Of a stretch of DNA of 64,000 nucleotides, positions 57,560-64,000 are shown in pieces. A program made the translations under genes and the position numbers. Every line of letters starts with the position of its first letter. Position 1 is the first letter of the stretch. The notes below the pieces were generated by a model, which saw only the letters and a list, made by a program, of their open reading frames with translations, was not told the origin of the DNA and did not search any database. Origin of the DNA: Myxococcota bacterium (GTDB taxonomy: Bacteria; Myxococcota_A; UBA9160; UBA6930); NCBI GenBank assembly GCA_028277885.1, contig JANQFK010000062.1, positions 16,685-80,684 on the forward strand, in the 5' to 3' direction.

Positions 57560-58325
57560 GGGCGTCCTCCGCGGCGTCCTCCAGCAGGAGCCTCGCCACG
57601 TCGCGCACCGCCCGGGCGCCGCGGGACTGGGGATGGGCCAGCCCGATGGGACGCAGGTTCACGATGGCGCGGTAGACGTCGAGGTCGTCGAGGAGCAGGC
57701 CGTAGCTGAGCAGGCCGCGCCCGAGGTTCTGCTCCGCGGCGGCGGCGAGGCGCCCGAAGGCCTGGCGCGCGTCGTCGATGCTGGCGACGCCGTGGATCGT
57801 GACCCCGACGCGGGCCTCGGGGGCGCCGCGCACCAGGCTCTCCACCAGGCGGTAGGTCGCCTGGAGCTCGCGGGGGTCGGGCGTGGTGAAGAGCAGGGAC
57901 CAGCGCGGCAGCTCCCGGGCGGGCGGGGCGAGCCAGTCGACGGGAACGCAGAGCAGCGCCAGCCCCGGCTTCCCGCGTCCCCAGCCCCGCGACTCGCCGA
58001 GCTCCCGGGCGGTGGCGGCGAGCTCCTCGAGGCCGCGCGCCCCGCACAGCACGAGCTCGGTCCCGAGCGGCCCCACCCCCGGCGCGGGCCACAGGGATTC
58101 GGCGTCCACCCCGCGCGGCGCGATCACCGTGGCCGACGCCCCGGTGCGCGCCACCTCCACGGCCAGGTTCCAGACGAAGGCCGCGCGCACCACGTCGCGC
58201 GGGTCGAGGGGGACGGCGAGCCAGGGCGGATCGGCGCGGGGCGTGAGGGGCTCCCGGGGCGCGGGCTCTTCGCCGTCGGCGCCGTCGAGGAAGTAGTGCA
58301 GGACGTCGCCGAGCTCGCGCGCCAA
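57552..58325 (-). CDS. Degenerate MinD/FlhG-like protein with no Walker A
   Basis: RAAFVWNLAVEVAR, FTTPDPRELQATYRLV, DLDVYRAIVNLRPIGLAHPQSRGARAVRDVARLL. Confidence 0.6.
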   Translation of the reverse strand: MARELGDVLHYFLDGADGEEPAPREPLTPRADPPWLAVPLDPRDVVRAAFVWNLAVEVARTGASATVIAPRGVDAESLWPAPGVGPLGTELVLCGARGLEELAATARELGESRGWGRGKPGLALLCVPVDWLAPPARELPRWSLLFTTPDPRELQATYRLVESLVRGAPEARVGVTIHGVASIDDARQAFGRLAAAAEQNLGRGLLSYGLLLDDLDVYRAIVNLRPIGLAHPQSRGARAVRDVARLLLEDAAEDARG

Positions 58326-58380
58326 ACGGGGGGCTCCTTCCAGCCGATTCTCGGAGCGGCGGGTCGCGGGACCCGCGCGC

Positions 58381-59484
58381 TCAGCTCACCACGAGGACCG
58401 AGTTCTTTCCGCCCACGGGTCCCGCCACGGAGCGCGGGTTGTCCGGGTCCGAGCGCCACTCCCCGTCCACCACGTAGCGGTACTGGTAGGTGCCCGGGGC
58501 GAGGTGCAGCACCTTGCGCCACACGCGGGCCGGCCCGTCGGAGTCGACCCGGGACTGCACCCCCTTGTCGGGCACCCAGCCGTTGAAGTCCCCGGCGATG
58601 CGCACGTCCGCGGCCCGCGGGTCGCGGAACTCGACCACCACCTCCCGGGTGTGGATCGGACCGGCTTCGGGAGCCATCGCGGCGGGCCGCAGCGGTGCGT
58701 CGATCGCGTCGGCGTCGGCGCCGAGGGCGGTCACCTCGACGGCGAGGGCGGCGTAGTCCACGGCTCCGTTGGCGGAGCGGGCGAAGCGGATGATGGGGAG
58801 ACCGCGGCGCGCGGCCTCGCGCAGCTTCACGTTGGCGCGGATCACGGTGTCGAAGCACAGGTCGCCGAAGAGCTTGCGGATCTCCGCCAGGGTCTCCCGG
58901 GCGTAGCGGGTGCGCCCGTCGTACAGGGTCGGCAGGATCCGCACGGTGAGCTCGTGCCCGATGCGGTTGGCGAGCAGCGCGATGGTCTCGAGCAGCTTCT
59001 GCACGCCGTCGATGGCGAAGAAGCTCGTCTCGAGGGGGACGATCACCTCGCGGGCCGCGCGCAGGGCGTTGAAGGTCAGGATCCCGACGTTCGGCGGGCA
59101 GTCGATCAGCGCGTAGTCGTAGCGGTCGGCCACGGTCTCGAGGGCGCCGGCGAGGCGCTCGGTGCGGGTGTCGGCCCGCTCGCCGGCGAGCCTCTGCTCG
59201 AGGGCGGAGAGCACGATGCCCGACGGCGCCACGTGGAGGCCCTCGCGCACCTCCTGGATCACCGGGCCCAGGCGCGCGTCGCCGCCGGGCTCCGCGAGCA
59301 CCTCGTAGAGGTTCTCGTCGAGGGCCTCGGGCTCGAGGCCCAGGGCCAGCGTGGCGTGGGCCTGGGGATCGATGTCCACCACCAGCACCCGGGCTCCTTC
59401 GGCCTCGAGGCAGCCCGCGAGGTTCACGGTGGTGGTGGTCTTCCCGCAGCCACCCTTCTGGTTGACGATCGCGATGGTTCGCAT
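58381..59484 (-). CDS. ParA/Soj-family ATPase fused to a C-terminal AMPK-beta/CBM48-type glycogen-binding domain
   Basis: NQKGGCGKTTT, DIDPQAHAT, IDCPP, YDGRT, IRANVKLREA; C-terminal V.IAGDFNGW..W...L.LAPGTYQYRYVVDGEW.SDPDNP..GGKNS. Confidence 0.9.
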   Translation of the reverse strand: MRTIAIVNQKGGCGKTTTTVNLAGCLEAEGARVLVVDIDPQAHATLALGLEPEALDENLYEVLAEPGGDARLGPVIQEVREGLHVAPSGIVLSALEQRLAGERADTRTERLAGALETVADRYDYALIDCPPNVGILTFNALRAAREVIVPLETSFFAIDGVQKLLETIALLANRIGHELTVRILPTLYDGRTRYARETLAEIRKLFGDLCFDTVIRANVKLREAARRGLPIIRFARSANGAVDYAALAVEVTALGADADAIDAPLRPAAMAPEAGPIHTREVVVEFRDPRAADVRIAGDFNGWVPDKGVQSRVDSDGPARVWRKVLHLAPGTYQYRYVVDGEWRSDPDNPRSVAGPVGGKNSVLVVS

Positions 59485-59616
59485 GGCGTCCGATCCCTCC
59501 CGCTCCCGCGCCGTCCGGTTCGGGAGCGTTCCGTCGGCGGCTCCTGCCGCCGGGGGGTCGGGGGAACGCCAGCGCAGCGATCCGGGCTCCACCCGTGCCC
59601 GGACCTGCCCTCCCAG

Positions 59617-60096
59617 CTAGCCGGCCCGGGCGCGGGCCGGCGAGGAGGGCGCGGCGCGCGGTGCGTTGCGGTCCGCGCCCTCGCTCCGACGGAAGGCCGC
59701 GACCTCCCGCTCGAAGCGCGCCACCTCGAAGACCCACTCCTGACCGGTCACGGCCTCGAAGGCGCCTTCCCCGTGCATCACCAGCACCACGTCGCCGGTC
59801 GCGACCAGCACGAGCTCGGCGAGCGGGTGATCCACCTGGGGAAGCGTCCGCCGGAGCGCCTGGATGCTCCGCCGGATCCGCTGCACCGAGACGCCGGCCT
59901 CGAGCAGCCGCTTGGCGGCCTTCAGGGCCACCAGATCGCGAAAGGTGTAGCGGTGGTGGCCACCCGGGGTCTGGCAGGAAGGCCGCACCAGGTCGGTGCG
60001 CGCCCAGTACTGGAGCTGGCGCCGCGAGATGCCCAGCATCTGGGCGACCTCGCCGCTGCGGTAGCGATCCCCGTCGTGGCCCGTGGCCGTGGTCAA
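59617..60096 (-). CDS. MerR-family HTH protein
   Basis: YRSGEVAQMLGISRRQLQYW..LVRPS..GGHHRYTFRDLV, GVSVQRIRR; TTG start. Confidence 0.85.
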   Translation of the reverse strand: MTTATGHDGDRYRSGEVAQMLGISRRQLQYWARTDLVRPSCQTPGGHHRYTFRDLVALKAAKRLLEAGVSVQRIRRSIQALRRTLPQVDHPLAELVLVATGDVVLVMHGEGAFEAVTGQEWVFEVARFEREVAAFRRSEGADRNAPRAAPSSPARARAG

Positions 60097-60127
60097 GTCG
60101 ACGACCCCCCCTGTGCCGTCGCGCTGG

Positions 60128-60182
60128 AAGCTAGAACCGTGTTCTCCATCGAGTCAACCCAAATCGATGCGAATTTGTCGCA
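60128..60182 (-). promoter_or_regulatory. Putative promoter and operators for the merR-parA unit
   Basis: Minus strand TTGACT-18 nt-TAGCTT; palindrome AGAAC-CGT-GTTCT (60133-60145) lies in the spacer, and TGCGA-ATTTG-TCGCA (60168-60182) lies upstream. Confidence 0.4.
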
Positions 60183-60269
60183 ATTACGGGCTTCTGACCC
60201 CGGATCGCGGGGATTTCCCCTTACGGGAACGACCTCGCCGACCCCGGGACCGTGGGGTAGCCTGGCCTC

Positions 60270-61475
60270 GTGACCAGGGGGGAGCCGCGTCCCAAGCAGC
60301 CCTCGCGGCCCGAGGGGGCCGATGGGCGGCTGTGGGTCGAGGACGAGGCCGGCCGCCGCCCCTTCATGCGCGGCATCCTGATCCACTCCCTGATGGCCCG
60401 GGGCTTCGACTTCCAGGAGGCCTACCAGGTCGCGGTGGCGGTGCGGAAGCGCCTGCGGGGAGAGGCGGTGGTGGGCCGCAAGGAGATCGTCGCCGCCATC
60501 GAGGCCGTCGCCGACCCCGACGCGCTGCGCGAGGCCCGGGTCGAGGCGCGCCAGCCGCCCCAGATCCAGGTCAAGGGCTCGTCCGGCGAGCTGCCCTTCT
60601 CGAAGGGCTTCCTCAGCCAGTCGCTGCTGGCCGCCGCCATCGAGCCGAGCGACGCCTTCGACGTGGCGCGCGAGATCGAGGGGGAGCTGCTGCGCCGCGA
60701 GCAGCGCGCCATCGATCGCCACGAGCTGCGCGGCGTCGCCTACCAGACCCTGCACCAGCGCCTGGGTCCCAAGGTGGCCGAGCGCTACCTGGCCTGGCGC
60801 CGCTACCAGGAGCCCGAGCGCCCCGTGATCCTGCTGCTCGGCGGCGCCACGGGGGTGGGCAAGACCGCCCTCGCCCTCGAGGTGGGGCACCGCCTCGGCG
60901 TGGCCCGGGTGATCTCCACCGACGCGATCCGCCAGGTGATGCGCATCATGCTCTCGCCGGACCTGGTGCCCGCCATCCACGCCTCGTCCTTCGACGCCCA
61001 CCGCGCCGTGGGCGACCCGGCCAGCGCGCCCGGCGCGGACCCCGTGATCGGTGGCTTCAGCTCCCAGGCCGACATCGTCTCCGTCGGCGTCCGCGCCATG
61101 ATCGACCGCGCCGTGGCGGAGAACCAGAACCTGATCCTGGACGGCGTCTCGGTGGTGCCCGGCTCCATCGACCTCGAGGCCTACCGCGACAAGGCGGACC
61201 TGATCTTCCTGCTGGTCGCGGTCCTCGACCTCTCGAAGATCGCCGACCGCTTCGCGACCCGGGGGCGCGCCGCCAAGGAGCGCCCGCCCCACCGCTACCT
61301 CGAGAACCTCGAGTCCATCGGCCGCATCCAGAACCACCTGCTCGAGCTCGCCGAGCAGCACGACGTGCCCATCGTGGAGAACGACGACTTCGACCTCTCG
61401 GTGCTCTCGATCATCCGGCACGTGACCGAGACCCTGCGCAAGAAGGACCCGATGGATGTGGCCGACCTGTTCTAG
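60270..61475 (+). CDS. 2-phosphoglycerate kinase-like protein (two ATP-cone-like domains + P-loop kinase)
   Basis: PFMRGILIHSL and PFSKGFLSQSL repeats; LLGGATGVGKT, ISTDAIRQVMR, IHASSF, DGVSVVPG, RIQNHL. Confidence 0.8.
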   Translation: MTRGEPRPKQPSRPEGADGRLWVEDEAGRRPFMRGILIHSLMARGFDFQEAYQVAVAVRKRLRGEAVVGRKEIVAAIEAVADPDALREARVEARQPPQIQVKGSSGELPFSKGFLSQSLLAAAIEPSDAFDVAREIEGELLRREQRAIDRHELRGVAYQTLHQRLGPKVAERYLAWRRYQEPERPVILLLGGATGVGKTALALEVGHRLGVARVISTDAIRQVMRIMLSPDLVPAIHASSFDAHRAVGDPASAPGADPVIGGFSSQADIVSVGVRAMIDRAVAENQNLILDGVSVVPGSIDLEAYRDKADLIFLLVAVLDLSKIADRFATRGRAAKERPPHRYLENLESIGRIQNHLLELAEQHDVPIVENDDFDLSVLSIIRHVTETLRKKDPMDVADLF

Positions 61476-62271
61476 CCCGCGGATCGGAGCGCTCCTGGCG
61501 GCGCTGCTCCTGCTCGGCTGCGGAACCATCAGCATCGACCAGGAGCGGGCCCTCGGCGACGAGTTCTCCCGTGAGATCCGGCGCGAGATCACCTTCTTCC
61601 GCGACGAGATGGTGGAGAGCTACGTCGAGCAGATCGGTCGCGCCATCGTCGACTCGGCGGGCGCCCAGCCCTTCCCCTACAGCTTCTACGTCATCGAGGA
61701 CCCGGAGATCAACGCCTTCGCGGCGCCCGCCGGCCACATCTACATCAACACGGGCATCCTGTTGAACGCGCGCAACGTCTCCGAGGTGGCCGGCGTGATG
61801 GCCCACGAGGTGGGCCACGTCGCCATGCGCCACGTGGCCCAGAACTACAATCGCCGCCGCAACACGGGCATCGCCCACCAGGCGGCCGTGCTGGTGACCG
61901 GCATCCTGGCCGGCGGCAACTGGGCGGGCGCCGCCAACGTGCTCGGCGGGCTGGGGGCCATGTCCTACCTCAACACCTTCACCCGGGACGCCGAGCGCGA
62001 GGCCGACGCCTTCGCGGTGGAGGTGCTGCCCAAGGCGGGCTTCCACCCGAACGGCCTGGTGACCTTCTTCTCCACCCTGAAGAACCAGGGCGGCGGCGGC
62101 AACGTGCCGGCCTTCCTGTCGAGCCACCCGACCACCGACGAGCGCATCGAGAGCGTGCGGCAGATGATCGCCGCCGCGAATCTGCCGCGCGACCTGCTGC
62201 GCAACGACGGCGGCCGCTTCGAGATCATCCAGCACCGCGTGCGCATGCGGACCGGAACGGCGCCGCGCTAG
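61456..62271 (+). CDS. M48-family metalloprotease lipoprotein (BepA/YfgC-like catalytic domain)
   Basis: LLGC lipobox, INAFAAPAG, AHEVGH, EREAD, FLSSHP. Confidence 0.9.
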   Translation: MWPTCSSPRIGALLAALLLLGCGTISIDQERALGDEFSREIRREITFFRDEMVESYVEQIGRAIVDSAGAQPFPYSFYVIEDPEINAFAAPAGHIYINTGILLNARNVSEVAGVMAHEVGHVAMRHVAQNYNRRRNTGIAHQAAVLVTGILAGGNWAGAANVLGGLGAMSYLNTFTRDAEREADAFAVEVLPKAGFHPNGLVTFFSTLKNQGGGGNVPAFLSSHPTTDERIESVRQMIAAANLPRDLLRNDGGRFEIIQHRVRMRTGTAPR

Positions 62272-62288
62272 CCGCGCCCGGAGAGCCC

Positions 62289-63701
62289 ATGACCCCGAGC
62301 CCCCCTCCCGCCCGCACCCTCGGCGAGCTGCGCGCCTCGGGCTGGCACTCGCGCCCGGTGCGCGAGGAGCTGCGCGCGAACCTGCTCGAGCGCCTGCGCC
62401 GCGGCGAGGCGCTCTTCCCCGGCATCCTGGGCTACGACGACAGCGTGGTCCCGGCGGTCGAGAACGCGCTGCTGTGCGGCCACGACCTGATCTTCCTGGG
62501 GGAGCGCGGCCAGGCGAAGTCCCGCATGATCCGCGCCCTCGCCGAGCTCCTCGACCCCTGGCTGCCCGTCGTGGCGGGCAGCGAGATCCACGACGACCCC
62601 CTGGCCCCGGTGTCCGCCGAGGCCCGGCGCGCCGTGGCGGAGCACGGGGACGCCACCGAGATCGCCTGGATCCCGCGGGAGGAGCGCTACGTCGAGAAGC
62701 TCGCCACCCCCGACGTCTCCATCGGGGACCTGATCGGCGACGTCGACCCGGTGAAGGTGGCCCAGGGACGCTCCCTCGCCGACGAGACCACCATCCACTT
62801 CGGCCTGCTGCCCCGCACCAACCGCGGGATCTTCTGCATCAACGAGCTGCCCGACCTGACGGAGAAGGTGCAGGTGGGCCTGTTCAACGTGATGCAGGAG
62901 CGCGACGTCCAGGTGAAGGGCTACCGGGTGCGGCTGCCCCTCGACGTGTTCGTGGTCGCCAGCGCGAACCCCGAGGACTACACCAGCCGCGGCCGCATCA
63001 TCACGCCCCTGAAGGACCGCTACGCCGCGCAGATCCGCACCCACTATCCGCGCACCCGGGAGCTCGAGCTGGCCGTGGTGCGCCAGGAGGCGCGCCTGCC
63101 CGCCGCGCCCGGCGTCGCGGTGCACGTGCCCGCCTTCATGGAGGACCTGGTGGGGGAGCTCACCCTCCAGGCGCGCAGCAGCCCCGACGTGAACCAGACC
63201 TCGGGCGTGTCGGTGCGCATGTCCATCGCCAACCACGAGACCCTCGTCGCCAACGCGGTGCGCCGGGCCCTGCGCCGGGGCGAGAGCGAGGCGGTGCCCC
63301 GGATCAGCGACCTGGAGGCGCTGGTCACCTCCACCGCCGGCAAGCTCGAGCTCGAGTACGCCGGGAGCGATCGCAGCGACGACGAGATCGTGACCGACCT
63401 GATGAAGCGCGCGACCCGCAGCGTGTTCGACGCGCGGGTGCCGCTCGAAGGCGTGGCCTCGGTGGTGGAGTCGTTCCAGCAGGGCTGGGCGGTGGAGGTC
63501 TCCGCCGACCTGCCCGCCGAGGAGTACCTCGAGGGGCTCGACGAGATCCGCGGCCTGCGCGAGGCCGCCGCCCACCTGGCCGGCGGTGACTCGGCGCCGC
63601 GCCTGGCCTCGGCGATCGAGTTCATCCTGGAGGGGCTGCACCTGTCGAACCGGCTCAACAAGCGCGCCTCGGACGGCGCCGCCCGCTACGGGCCGGCGTG
63701 A
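62289..63701 (+). CDS. AAA+ ATPase, Mg-chelatase-like (Rv0958-type)
   Basis: LGERGQAKSR, INELPDL, ANPEDYTSRGRIITPLKDR, EFILEGLH. Confidence 0.85.
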   Translation: MTPSPPPARTLGELRASGWHSRPVREELRANLLERLRRGEALFPGILGYDDSVVPAVENALLCGHDLIFLGERGQAKSRMIRALAELLDPWLPVVAGSEIHDDPLAPVSAEARRAVAEHGDATEIAWIPREERYVEKLATPDVSIGDLIGDVDPVKVAQGRSLADETTIHFGLLPRTNRGIFCINELPDLTEKVQVGLFNVMQERDVQVKGYRVRLPLDVFVVASANPEDYTSRGRIITPLKDRYAAQIRTHYPRTRELELAVVRQEARLPAAPGVAVHVPAFMEDLVGELTLQARSSPDVNQTSGVSVRMSIANHETLVANAVRRALRRGESEAVPRISDLEALVTSTAGKLELEYAGSDRSDDEIVTDLMKRATRSVFDARVPLEGVASVVESFQQGWAVEVSADLPAEEYLEGLDEIRGLREAAAHLAGGDSAPRLASAIEFILEGLHLSNRLNKRASDGAARYGPA

Positions 63702-63711
63702 GCCGCTCCCC

Positions 63712-64000
63712 GTGAAGGTCTGGCGCTACAGCCGCTGGGACGACACCCAGGAGCGCTTCTCCCTGGACCCGCGCCAGGCCCTCGACGCCCTCTCGGACCT
63801 GCTGATGGAGGGCCTCGACGTCGACGAGGCGCTCCGCTGGATGCGCGAGCACGGCTTCGAGCTGGCCGGGCAGGACATGCGCGTGATGGGGACCCGGGAG
63901 CTCATGGAGGAGCTGCGCCGGGAGGCCGAGGCGCTCTACGAGCGCTACCGGCTCGACGCGGCCACCCGCGAGCTGGCGGAGCGCCTGGAGTCGATCCTCG
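63712..64000 (+). CDS. Probable VWA-domain partner protein (Rv0959-type), 3'-truncated by the window edge
   Basis: VKVWRYSRWDDTQ N-terminus typical of this AAA+/VWA pair; frame open to the end of the window. Confidence 0.6.
   Translation, partial: MKVWRYSRWDDTQERFSLDPRQALDALSDLLMEGLDVDEALRWMREHGFELAGQDMRVMGTRELMEELRREAEALYERYRLDAATRELAERLESIL

Noticed and set aside
58381..59484. ParA as the chromosomal or plasmid partition ATPase
   Set aside because: No parB, no parS-like palindrome noticed, no origin-region genes, and it carries an extra carbohydrate-binding domain
62289..64000. AAA+ ATPase as a magnesium chelatase or photosynthesis gene
   Set aside because: It matches the widespread Rv0958/Rv0959-type AAA+/VWA pair; there are no bch/chl genes

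Overview
Very GC-rich bacterial chromosomal segment. The gene content (MJ0042 zinc-ribbon/DUF3426 protein, paired ArsA-like ATPases with a PhaR-like protein, DsbA lipoprotein, order of the dcw cluster) suggests a Myxococcota/deltaproteobacterium-like organism; this is inference. The window holds about 60 real CDSs, and most long ORFs in the track are GC-rich shadow frames. Housekeeping content: the dcw cluster mraZ-rsmH-ftsL-ftsI-murE-murF-mraY-murD-ftsW-murG-murC-murB-ftsQ-ftsA-ftsZ (no ddl), RNase P RNA, ndk, thrH, uppP, tatA, a phosphomannomutase, an RND pump and two sigma factors. I found no tRNA, rRNA, CRISPR array or transposase. The most notable items are: (1) a ParA/Soj ATPase fused to a C-terminal AMPK-beta/CBM48-type glycogen-binding domain, co-oriented with a MerR-type HTH gene, a P-loop-dead MinD/FlhG-like gene and a degenerate nuclease-fold gene, a candidate glycogen-granule positioning system; (2) a compositionally atypical TIR-transmembrane-MlaC fusion, a candidate lipid-sensing TIR receptor; (3) an ArsA/GET3-like pair with a PhaR-like protein, an SDR and an acyltransferase, a candidate lipid-body module; (4) two related families of structured REP-like repeats, a triplicated RBS+ATG before tatA, a 30-aa membrane peptide below the ORF-track cutoff, and a duplicated FtsZ C-terminal peptide. 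All domain calls come from motif recognition by eye, not database searches.
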